Assembly (NCBI GenBank): GCA_035437965.1
Contig: DAOMZC010000002.1
Span: forward strand, 6,973-45,876
Origin: Pseudomonadota bacterium
Lineage (GTDB): Bacteria > Myxococcota_A > Polyangia > Palsa-1104 > JAEUJZ01
Direction: 5' to 3'
DNA length: 38,904 nt
A program made the translations under genes and the position numbers. Shown piece by piece: positions 25,601 through 32,610 of this stretch. Within the stretch, counting starts at the first letter, position 1, and each line of letters starts with the position of its first letter. The notes beneath the pieces were generated by a model. It made no database searches, was not told where the DNA came from, and saw only the letters and a list, made by a program, of their open reading frames with translations.

Positions 25601-28155
25601 CGTACCGCAGCCGCGAGCCCGACCCCAAGCGGCCGGTGGTGCTCTACCTTGCCGAGCCCGGCGATCACGATGTCCTGCACGAGCTGTTCGGCAGCGCGCT
25701 CACCTGCCGCGACGCCGCCATCCAGCTGGCCTGGAAGCGCGAGCACAACCGGACGGTCTGGCTGAGCCGCACCTACCAGCCGCGGCTGACCAGCCAGCAG
25801 CTGCTCGCCCGCGCGCCGCTCAGCGGCCCGGAGTTCACCGGCGAGGTCGGCATCGAGTCGGGCCCGCAGGTGCTGGAGTCGCGCGAGCGGCTGCTCAACC
25901 GGCCGTGCACGCTGCGGCTGCTCCTGATCAAGGACGGCTGCCTGCTGGTCGAGAAGCGGGTGCCGTTCCCCGCCCCCGACCTGAGTGTGGTGGTGATGGG
26001 GAACTTCACCCCGAGCTACCTGTTCGACGACGTGATCAGCGATGGCGCGCTCACCGAGGTGGTGGACGCCCTGTTCGACGCCCTGCCGGTGCTGATCGAG
26101 CAGCTTGCCCTGGTCCCCACCGGGCAGGCGGAGATAGCGGCGCAGAGCGGCGCGCTGGCGTGGCGGGCGTGCGTGCTGCGCCGGCTGCTCATGCTGGTGC
26201 TGTCGGCAGAGGCGCGGCGCAGCGCCCGCGCCGCGATGGGGGTCGCGACGCCGAGCGCGGGCGGCGCGGGGGAGCTCATCCCTCACCCGCTGTGGATGCA
26301 GCTCGAAGAGGTGCAGCTGTTCGAGGCGCTCGACGGCAAGCTGCTAAAGCCGCGCGAGCTCGCGGAGCTTGCCCGCGGCGCCGAGCCGCTGCCCGTGCTC
26401 TGCCCGTCGCCGACCGTGCTGCCCAGGCGCCTGGCCACCTGGACGGCGCTCGGCCGCTCCGACAGCGACACAAAGAAGGCGTGGTATAAGGCCCACGCGC
26501 AGTCACCGACCCGGCTGCCGGTTGAGGAGCCGCCGCCGCTGATCCTGTACCTGGCCCCCGCCGAGCGCGCGCTGCTCAGCGAGCTCGGTCAGCAGCTGCC
26601 GGGGCTGCGCCTGGTCGATGCCGAGCCGTGGCTGCGCAGCGTCGAGACGGTCGCGGCGCAGAGCACCCGCCACGCCGAGCTGCTGCTGCTGCCCCGGGAC
26701 TGCGAGGTGGCGGTGCCGCTGGTCGGCATCGAGGGGGTGCTCGGGCTCATCGAGGAGACCGAGTTCCTCGCCATGGCCGACGAGGCCGAGGCCGAGCCGC
26801 GGATCACCGTGGCGCTGTTCTGCGAGCGCCGCAGCCTCGGTAGCGGCGAGCTCTACCTGCCGGGCGGGCAGTTCCTGTCGGCGGTCGCCGATCACCCGCA
26901 GCTGCGGCTCGACCCAGGCGGCAAGAGCCTGGACGAGAACGAGGCGCTGGTGGCGGTGCGCACCGGCATCGCCGCGGCGCTGCCCGAGCTGCTGGCGGCG
27001 CTGGCCGAGCACGCGCTGCCCTGGCCGACCCTGTACGGGCGGGTTCTGCTCACCGCGGCCACCGCGCTGTTCCCCCGGCCGGCCTTCCGCCGCGCCTACG
27101 ACACCCTGCGCTCGTACTGCAGCCGGGGCGACTACCCCGGGCGGCGCCCCGAGGACGCCGAGCGCGAGTACGGGGCGCTCTTGCGGCTGACCGTCGCCAC
27201 CTCGCTCAAGCGCGTCGAAGAGGTGCTGCAGCGCCACCTGGACAGCGACGAGCCGCTGTCCATCTTCCAGGTGACCCGCGAGCTCCTGCCGATGCTCGCC
27301 GAGTCGTGGGAGGCGGTGCCGCCGGATCGCGAGGCGGCCGAGCTGACCCAGGCCACCCAGCTGCCGCCCGGCGCCATGGCGTGGATCGACACCCTCTACC
27401 CGGACAGCGATGGCCTGCCGTTCGGGGAGCGGGTGCTCCTCATCCTGCCGGCGCTGGCCGAGGCGCCGCTGCTGGTCACCCCCGCCGGTGACAGCCTGAC
27501 CCTGGATGCGGTGATCACCGACTACCAGGAGCACGGCCACGTGCTGTACTCAAGCGGCAAGGCGGCGCCGCCGGCCGCGACGCGACCGCTCATCAGTGAT
27601 CCCGACGGGCTGCTGCTGCCGCTCCTGCACTGCCTGTTCGGCGCCGGCCAGGTGCACGAGGTCAGCGCGCTGGCGCTGCCGCCGCCGCCACCGGTGCCGT
27701 CGCCGGCGCTGCCGAGCTGGCCGCTGCCCCGGCCGGTCAAGTCCGAAGGGAGCGCCGGCGCGCTCGGCGATCGCCTGCTCGCCGCGGTGCTGCAGGAGAT
27801 CCGGGCGGTGCGCGGCCGCAACGAGCGCCTGCTCAACAACGTCAACCTGGCCTGGCTGCAGCTCCGCGAGAGCGAGCAGCCGCGCGCCGTCATCTGCGAC
27901 CGCCAGCAGTTCCTCATCAACCGGCGCCACCCGACGGTCCAGCGGGCGCTGCGCAACTCGACCGTCGATCCGCAGAGCGTGCGCTTCTTGGCCTCGGCGG
28001 TGTACACCGCGCTCAGCACCCGGCTGGACGGGGTCTATCCGGCCGACGCGGCGCACTTCCACCGCCGCCTGGCGGCGCGCGCGCTGGCCGAGACCGCCGA
28101 GGCGCGGGCACCCGGGCGCCCGGCGCCTTCCAAAGTGAGCATGAATCCTGCTTAG
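22657..28155 (+). CDS. Giant (1,832 aa) protein with N-terminal Hsp90/MutL-type GHKL (Bergerat-fold) ATPase domain and a second degenerate module
   Basis: Start chosen at the ATGA overlap. The ORF track extension to 22315 lies inside the upstream gene in another frame. Motif I ELVQNSIDAG (22750-22779), motif II DFGEGM (22912-22929), motif III GKFGTGF (23002-23022). Uninterrupted 5.5-kb frame. Confidence 0.8.
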   Translation: MSEPEINQDLAVEDVLEQLVSQFADPLCFLRELVQNSIDAGSTKVEVTCTFEDDSPLLAVAGGLVAADASHGKAAELGTAIIRVVDFGEGMDGHIIDSRLTRLFSSDKEGDRTKLGKFGTGFISVFALQPDAVCVDTGRYGESWRLVFQPDRTFTRIRLSEPVDGTTVRLFKTMQRGQFETLARRVRRTLVRDCPHVEVALRYQGELLSRPLSLEVLEAPVKITAKAHGATIVVGFTPPGAPARATLYGCGLTLLARPSELAGISYKIDSPALEHTHGRDGVLRGEHYQALMTTVKALASGQLVEELFTRLEKGLQEPSPPAAELVEWQRCVADLLRRGAALPESCAQRLVACSPHGELYPLAACQDAARAERLYSAAEPSPLSTAAVAAGELVLSDWQTELLGALVRGEPPRLERTLVLPLPLIPKDLDEVQWAGAEALRTAVLMLVRAAEGPVITVELGSLAYPGSGAGELPCIVQAQPFAASRLAAAHPKDQRWPEPGDDKALRSTWVLNADHPTFKTLLPLAESEPELCAYFLTKLCLLGSPQLGELNVRLLTLALEQRAQRQEAPLIARQRLLTSLTRIEGEIVSSGSFTIDPERVRDKLRRSRFENPLRYVLELVQAASLKGATHLEFRFGADDMQLRFNGEPFTAGDFEQLYSALLHRGEGREGQARNVLALGLCAALQLDPALIHVESGDSFVELRPGQPDRLGTLPAPAPLTQIRVRHRLGLDLLKRYVDHLGGHLTEELLLQERCHHACMAIELDGRIISQGHTFPNVAFARTFSSDGISGTVAIAPLPAAPPTESSVQLAPAAVLSSSFLRLIKNDVWVDTQLPIELLPGFLALAESSAYRLDFSREHVVQDSHYAAALRAVAAAQVELLAALCERSTQGPFMDVLHLRALLRGLLSRLGGLAPLLRWAQLPVEQFPPEVVTEGSSLWPLEVEKGLALLEVPIFYTTIGDMVSLRVLLDDLAQHRTIAYSSYRSREPDPKRPVVLYLAEPGDHDVLHELFGSALTCRDAAIQLAWKREHNRTVWLSRTYQPRLTSQQLLARAPLSGPEFTGEVGIESGPQVLESRERLLNRPCTLRLLLIKDGCLLVEKRVPFPAPDLSVVVMGNFTPSYLFDDVISDGALTEVVDALFDALPVLIEQLALVPTGQAEIAAQSGALAWRACVLRRLLMLVLSAEARRSARAAMGVATPSAGGAGELIPHPLWMQLEEVQLFEALDGKLLKPRELAELARGAEPLPVLCPSPTVLPRRLATWTALGRSDSDTKKAWYKAHAQSPTRLPVEEPPPLILYLAPAERALLSELGQQLPGLRLVDAEPWLRSVETVAAQSTRHAELLLLPRDCEVAVPLVGIEGVLGLIEETEFLAMADEAEAEPRITVALFCERRSLGSGELYLPGGQFLSAVADHPQLRLDPGGKSLDENEALVAVRTGIAAALPELLAALAEHALPWPTLYGRVLLTAATALFPRPAFRRAYDTLRSYCSRGDYPGRRPEDAEREYGALLRLTVATSLKRVEEVLQRHLDSDEPLSIFQVTRELLPMLAESWEAVPPDREAAELTQATQLPPGAMAWIDTLYPDSDGLPFGERVLLILPALAEAPLLVTPAGDSLTLDAVITDYQEHGHVLYSSGKAAPPAATRPLISDPDGLLLPLLHCLFGAGQVHEVSALALPPPPPVPSPALPSWPLPRPVKSEGSAGALGDRLLAAVLQEIRAVRGRNERLLNNVNLAWLQLRESEQPRAVICDRQQFLINRRHPTVQRALRNSTVDPQSVRFLASAVYTALSTRLDGVYPADAAHFHRRLAARALAETAEARAPGRPAPSKVSMNPA

Positions 28156-28181
28156 GAATCCTGCCTATAAGGAGAACTTTG

Positions 28182-28652
28182 ATGACCACCATGAACCAGG
28201 ACAAGCAGCACAACAAAATCGACAACAGCAACGGCAGTAAGAATGGGCATGGGAGCGATATGATGAGCGACAACCAGAAGCGCAAGCCTGCTGTCGAGTC
28301 ACGGACGGAGAACCAGGTCGACGCGGCGGCGGACAGCGCCTCCGACGCGCTCAAGAACGCCGCCGACCTGGCCAAGGACGCGCTGGGCCAGGCCGAGAAG
28401 GAGGCCCAGGTGATCGTCCAGGAGTTCAAAGAGCGCCTGGAGCCCCTGGATCAGTGGGTGCGCACGACGACCCAGGAGCACCCCTACCTGGTGGTCGGCT
28501 CGGCGATCGGCGTCAGCTTCCTCGCCGGGTTCCTGATGCGCCGCCGCGCCGCGGTGAGCGCCGGGGTCGCCGTCGGTTTCTTGACCGGCTGCGTCATCAG
28601 CGGCCGCTCGTTCGCGCTGGCCAAGCAGGCCGAGGCGGCCAGCCGTAAGTGA
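28182..28652 (+). CDS. ElaB/YqjD-like DUF883 tail-anchored stress protein, 156 aa
   Basis: AAGGAG (28169-28174) 7 nt upstream of the ATG. Hydrophilic low-complexity N-terminus, helical middle, C-terminal anchor HPYLVVGSAIGVSFLAGFLMRRR typical of DUF883. Confidence 0.75.
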   Translation: MTTMNQDKQHNKIDNSNGSKNGHGSDMMSDNQKRKPAVESRTENQVDAAADSASDALKNAADLAKDALGQAEKEAQVIVQEFKERLEPLDQWVRTTTQEHPYLVVGSAIGVSFLAGFLMRRRAAVSAGVAVGFLTGCVISGRSFALAKQAEAASRK

Positions 28653-28796
28653 GTGTGTCAGAGCCGCACGCTGTGCTATTCGTGCACCCACGGGGTGGAA
28701 GGGGGACGAGCCGGCTCGGGCCGCGGCCTTATGCGCGCGACCCTGAGCCGTCTTGTCTGCACGCTGTCCGGTAACCAACAAGTAGGGAGTATGCAG

Positions 28797-28958
28797 ATGT
28801 TCTACTGGGCCGCAGTTCTATTAGTAATCGCCATTGTGGCTGCTGCTTTTGGATTCGGCGGCCTGGCGGCCAGCGCTGCGGGGCTGGCCAAGATCGTTTT
28901 CTTTATCGCGATCGTGTTCGCACTGATCACGTTCGTGGTGGGGGCCCGCCGGAAGTGA
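28797..28958 (+). CDS. UPF0391/DUF1328 (YtjA-like) small membrane protein, 53 aa
   Basis: MFYWAAVLLVIAIVAAAFGFGGLAASAAGLAKIVFFIAIVFALITFVVGARRK closely matches the YtjA family pattern. GGGAG SD 7 nt upstream. An alternative ATG lies at 28791. Confidence 0.8.
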   Translation: MFYWAAVLLVIAIVAAAFGFGGLAASAAGLAKIVFFIAIVFALITFVVGARRK

Positions 28959-28970
28959 AAGGAGCGCGTC

Positions 28971-29948
28971 ATGACTACTTCGCTCTCTCCGGCGCTCGAT
29001 GGCACGCTGCAGTTTTTCAATAACCGCAGCGGCCAGCGGGTCGCCTATTACAAGTCGCGCGGGAACCAGGGTGCTGTGATCGACAGCCATCCCCTGGTGC
29101 TCCTGCATTCCATCAACGCCGCGGCCTCGGCCTACGAGGTCCGCCCGCTGTTCGAGCACTTCGCGCCCACGCGGCCGACCTTCGTGCTGGAGTGGCCGGG
29201 CTTTGGTCAGTCCGAGCGGACCCCTGCAGACCGCAAGCCGGACTACGATTTCCGTCTGTATGCCGACACCCTGCAGGACTTCCTCGAGCACCTGAGCAAG
29301 AACCACCCGCCGAGCGACGTGGTGGCGATGTCGCTGTCGGGCGAGCACGCAGCGCTGGTCGCCAAGGAGCGGCCAGATCTGTTCCACTCGCTGACGCTGC
29401 TGTCGCCGACCGGCCTGACCCGCGAGCCGCCGCGCGCCGATCGGTTCTCGCACTTCCTGCCCCGGCTCCTGAGCGGCCGGCCGTGGTCGCAGCCTCTCTT
29501 CAGCCTGCTCAGCAGCCACGCCAGCATCCGTTATTTCCTGGGCAAGTCGTTCTTCGGACCTGTCGATGAGGGCCTCTTGTCCTACTGCTACCAGACCTCG
29601 CACCAGCCCAACGCGGACAGCGCCCCGTGGGCGTTCCTGGGCGGCCGTTTCGCCGTTCCCGAGGTGTTCCAGCGGGTCTATCTGGAGGTCCAGACTCCCA
29701 CCCTGGTACTTTATGACAAGGACGCTTATTCGTCCTTCGATCGCCTGGGCGAGCTCCTTTTGAAGAACCGCGTTTTCCGCGCCATGCGCATTCCCAACAC
29801 CCGCGGTCTGCCGCACTGGGACAATCCGAAGCTCACCTGCGCGGCAATCACCCAGCACCTGCACGCGACCCGGCGGCCCACCTCGGTCCCCGACCTCGTC
29901 CCCGAGCTCCAGCAGAGCCAGCGCTCGCATCCAAACCTGCTGAGTTAA
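28971..29948 (+). CDS. Alpha/beta-fold hydrolase, 325 aa
   Basis: HPLVLLHSINAAAS (oxyanion region), nucleophile-elbow-like VVAMSLSGEHAA, about 320 aa. AAAGGAG SD. Substrate unknown. Confidence 0.7.
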   Translation: MTTSLSPALDGTLQFFNNRSGQRVAYYKSRGNQGAVIDSHPLVLLHSINAAASAYEVRPLFEHFAPTRPTFVLEWPGFGQSERTPADRKPDYDFRLYADTLQDFLEHLSKNHPPSDVVAMSLSGEHAALVAKERPDLFHSLTLLSPTGLTREPPRADRFSHFLPRLLSGRPWSQPLFSLLSSHASIRYFLGKSFFGPVDEGLLSYCYQTSHQPNADSAPWAFLGGRFAVPEVFQRVYLEVQTPTLVLYDKDAYSSFDRLGELLLKNRVFRAMRIPNTRGLPHWDNPKLTCAAITQHLHATRRPTSVPDLVPELQQSQRSHPNLLS

Positions 29949-29966
29949 GCGGGAATCACAACAAAA

Positions 29967-30027
29967 AGGTCCGTCCGCTACCTTCCGATCTTTCAATCGG
30001 GGCGATCGGGGCGGTAGCGGCGGACCT
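29967..30027. terminator. Bidirectional intrinsic terminator between convergent genes
   Basis: Arms aggtccgtccgctacc (29967-29982) and ggtagcggcggacct (30013-30027) give a 15-bp stem with one bulge. An inner hairpin ccgat-ctttca-atcgg is present. Flanked by acaaaaa (a U-run for minus-strand transcripts) and ctcttat. Confidence 0.75.
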
Positions 30028-30053
30028 CTTATGCCGGTGTGAGAATCCCCGAC

Positions 30054-30335
30054 TTACGGAACGATGCCCACGCACTCGGGGCAGTTGAACGTCGCCGAGG
30101 CGCAGCTCTTGGCGCCGATGCAGGTGTTGCAGATGTCGGCCTTGGACATGTAGCTCTGGTCGGCGTTGGCGTTGTTGCGGCAGCGCGACTCGCAGGTCGC
30201 GGTGTCGTAGCTCTTGTCGTAGCAGTCCTTGTAGCGGCTGCAGATGCCGGCGCAGTCGATCGCGTTGGAGACGGCTCCGCAGCCAACTAGGAGCATGCAG
30301 ACGGTACCGAGAATGGCAGAGGCAAGGGTCTTCAT
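30054..30335 (-). CDS. Small Cys-rich lipoprotein, 93 aa
   Basis: Signal peptide plus lipobox LVGC. Ten further Cys in the 74-residue mature part. GGAG-containing SD (aaaaggagag) upstream. Confidence 0.7.
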   Translation of the reverse strand: MKTLASAILGTVCMLLVGCGAVSNAIDCAGICSRYKDCYDKSYDTATCESRCRNNANADQSYMSKADICNTCIGAKSCASATFNCPECVGIVP

Positions 30336-30407
30336 AGCTAACTCTCCTTTTGGTTTGACTTAAGTTGACGTTGTCTGAACTACAGCGTAGGAACTCGGGA
30401 TGGCCGA

Positions 30408-31007
30408 CTACTCGAGCCTGAACTCGACGCGGCGATTGAAGGCGTAGTCCTGCTCGGTCTTGCCGGTGCGGATCGGGTCGTGCTCGCCCTCGCCGTGGAT
30501 GGTGATCGGGATGCTCAGGCCCTTCTGCTCGAGCATCTGCTTGACGTAGTCGGCGCGCCGCTTGGACAGGTCGAGGTTGTACTCCTGGCTCCCGCGGGCG
30601 TCGCAGTGACCATCAAGGTGGACCGCTTTGGCGCCGCGGCTCTTGAGGCAGCGGACGTTGTAGTCCAGCCAGCGCGCGGCTTCGGGAACGAGCTCGACCG
30701 AGTCATAAGGGAAGTAGACGTTGACGATCTTGCACGCGGGCTCGACGTTGAACGAGATATCGAGCATGCGCGGGTTGGGATAGCTCTGGAAGCACACGCG
30801 CTGATCCGGATGGCAGAAATCCCCAAGCGGGCACTCAGAATCCGCCTTGCAGTTGCCCTTGCTCTCCGGATCCCGCTGGACAAAGACCGGGTCGGAGACC
30901 TGCAGCTTGCCCGGAGTCTCGACGTGCTCCTCGGGGGCGGGCTTTGAGTGGGCGCAAGCAGTTACGAAAATCGGGGCAAGGACTAGATTCAGGTAGCTGG
31001 CCTTCAT
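30408..31007 (-). CDS. OmpA/Pal-like peptidoglycan-binding lipoprotein, 199 aa
   Basis: ATG at 31007 with AAGGAG 6 nt upstream. Lipobox VTAC. OmpA_C signature ...LDGHCDARGSQEYNLDLSKRRADYV...NRRVEFRLE. Confidence 0.8.
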   Translation of the reverse strand: MKASYLNLVLAPIFVTACAHSKPAPEEHVETPGKLQVSDPVFVQRDPESKGNCKADSECPLGDFCHPDQRVCFQSYPNPRMLDISFNVEPACKIVNVYFPYDSVELVPEAARWLDYNVRCLKSRGAKAVHLDGHCDARGSQEYNLDLSKRRADYVKQMLEQKGLSIPITIHGEGEHDPIRTGKTEQDYAFNRRVEFRLE

Positions 31008-31061
31008 GGCGGACTCCTTAGTTGATTTAGGAATGCCTGCAAACAAGTGACGTTGCCTACA

Positions 31062-31076
31062 GCAAGGGGTATGCCA
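31062..31076 (-). promoter_or_regulatory. Sigma-54 type promoter (minus strand TGGCAT-N5-TTGC) for the OmpA-like / Cys-rich lipoprotein genes
   Basis: The plus strand reads gcaa-ggggt-atgcca, so the reverse complement is TGGCATACCCCTTGCT. The predicted TSS is about 40 nt upstream of the ATG at 31007. Confidence 0.6.
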
Positions 31077-31239
31077 CGGACTGCTCGATGAGGACTCCGG
31101 AGTGCGACCGTACTCTCTGCCAGCGCAGCGTAAATGTACTTGGGAGACTCCGGATTTTTAGAAAGGACTGACGGGAAAACCCTGGCAATGTGGTGTGCGC
31201 TGCTGACTCAGTATGCGAATCTGACACAGCTGTGCGCTG

Positions 31240-31254
31240 TGGCATCTGCCTTGC
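31240..31254 (+). promoter_or_regulatory. Sigma-54 type promoter (TGGCAT-N5-TTGC) for the LEA-like gene
   Basis: tgTGGCATctgccTTGCTcg. The -12 GC lies about 65 nt upstream of the ATG at 31320. Confidence 0.6.
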
Positions 31255-31319
31255 TCGCGCTGTGATTTGGCGCGGCGCTCGCCGGAGCGGCTGCTACAAT
31301 TCCCTTAAGGAGGATTCCC

Positions 31320-31589
31320 ATGACTCACCGCACGATTCAAAACACCATGGACAAGGCCAAGGATCTTACCTCCGAGGTAGCGAGCAAGGTGGAGGAGCTC
31401 TCGCGCAAGGGGGCCTCGGTAGTAAACAAGGTAGAGAACAAGGTCAGCGAGGCGGCGCAGAGCGCGGGTCACCGCATGCAGGAAGCGGCCTACCAGGCCG
31501 GGCACCGGATGCAGGAGGCGGCCCAGAAGGTCGGGCATGTGGCCAGCGAGGTAGTGACCAAGGTCGAGCACAAGGCCCACATCAAGTAG
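31320..31589 (+). CDS. LEA group-3-like / apolipoprotein-like 11-mer repeat protein, 89 aa
   Basis: AAGGAGG SD. After the first 11 residues the protein parses into seven consecutive 11-residue units (KAKDLTSEVAS KVEELSRKGAS VVNKVENKVSE AAQSAGHRMQE AAYQAGHRMQE AAQKVGHVASE VVTKVEHKAHI). Confidence 0.75.
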   Translation: MTHRTIQNTMDKAKDLTSEVASKVEELSRKGASVVNKVENKVSEAAQSAGHRMQEAAYQAGHRMQEAAQKVGHVASEVVTKVEHKAHIK

Positions 31590-31669
31590 TGAAGCCGGCT
31601 GCATCGTGCGGGTCGGCCTTCCCGAAGGTCGGCCCGCGACTCCCACGACCAGGTCTTTGCAGCGGCGGA

Positions 31670-32404
31670 CTACTCGGGCATCGGGAGGGGCTGGTTGGAG
31701 CTGAGCGTCAGCGGGAACGGCGTGAAGCTGGGAGTCTGAAGGCGCGCCTGGGTGTACAGACTCAGCTTCTGATTGTATTCCCTTTCGATCGTGCTGCTCA
31801 GGGTCGCGTGCTTGCTGATCTCCTGGCGGCGCAGGGTATGCTGGGTCTCGGCCTCGGTGACCTGCTGGTCGAAGGTGGCGACCGGGAGCTTGCGCGGCGG
31901 CAGGCGACCGTAGCGGGCGGCCAGGCGCGCCTGCTCCTGCTCGATGCGCGCTTCGGCGAGCTGCAGGTGGGTGTCGGCGACGGCCAGCTGCGCTTCGCTC
32001 ATCGCCCGCCGCTGCCGGCAAAAGCGCAGGTGCGCCTCGGCCGCGTCCTCGGCCAGCTTGGCGACGCGCAGCTCGGCCTGTAGGCGGGCGAGCAGGGTCC
32101 CTTGCTGGCGCGGCTGTTCCTTATCAAGCTCGGTCAGGAGCTTCTGCGAGCCAAGGCGCGCCGCGACGCTCTCGAGCTGGGCGTCATCGAGCGCGCGGCG
32201 GGCGGCCATTAGATCGATCTGCGCCTTGTCCTTTTCACTCTGGGCGCGCTCGCGATCGCCCTGCCAGCTGACGAGGTTCTGCTTCTCGCTCTGGGGCAGG
32301 TCGGCGATCATCGCGGCATCCACCTTGTACCTCAGGCTGCCGGTGCAGGCGGTAGTTCCCACGAGCAAGGCCAGGGCACTGAAGCAGAGCGTTTTTCGCA
32401 GCAT
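31670..32404 (-). CDS. Coiled-coil lipoprotein, 244 aa
   Basis: ATG at 32404 (MLRKTLCFSALALLVGTTAC, lipobox TTAC) with GGAG upstream. Long Ala/Gln/Glu/Arg/Leu helical region. The upstream ORF start at 32443 would fall inside the predicted promoter. Confidence 0.65.
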   Translation of the reverse strand: MLRKTLCFSALALLVGTTACTGSLRYKVDAAMIADLPQSEKQNLVSWQGDRERAQSEKDKAQIDLMAARRALDDAQLESVAARLGSQKLLTELDKEQPRQQGTLLARLQAELRVAKLAEDAAEAHLRFCRQRRAMSEAQLAVADTHLQLAEARIEQEQARLAARYGRLPPRKLPVATFDQQVTEAETQHTLRRQEISKHATLSSTIEREYNQKLSLYTQARLQTPSFTPFPLTLSSNQPLPMPE

Positions 32405-32444
32405 CCATGATCTCCAGGACAAGAGTAGTTGCGGCAAGGGCAAC

Positions 32445-32459
32445 GCAAGGAGCGTGCCT
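32445..32459 (-). promoter_or_regulatory. Sigma-54 type promoter (minus strand AGGCACG-N4-TTGCG) for the coiled-coil lipoprotein gene
   Basis: The plus strand reads gcaa-ggagc-gtgcct. GG/GC spacing is canonical. The predicted TSS is about 30 nt upstream of the ATG at 32404. Confidence 0.5.
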
Positions 32460-32610
32460 GAAGAACTCTGCGAGGGATCGCGGCGGCGCCGGCCCGCTCG
32501 GCGCGGCAGCTGAGTGTGTCAGCACGTCTCAGCGCGACACCTGCGCACACCCGCGAGCGCGAGCGGCGGCCAGCCGAGCGGAGCCAGCGACGAGAAGAGA
32601 AAACCTCTAC

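Noticed and set aside
28650-28661. 12-nt identity TGAGTGTGTCAG shared with 32511-32522
   Set aside because: A rough estimate gives tens of chance 12-mer matches expected between any two positions in a 39-kb window, and the flanks do not align.
31590-31669. Intrinsic terminator between the convergent LEA-like and coiled-coil lipoprotein genes
   Set aside because: Only a short imperfect hairpin (cggccttc..gaaggtcg with a G-U pair and a tiny loop) and no U-tract, which is too weak to call.
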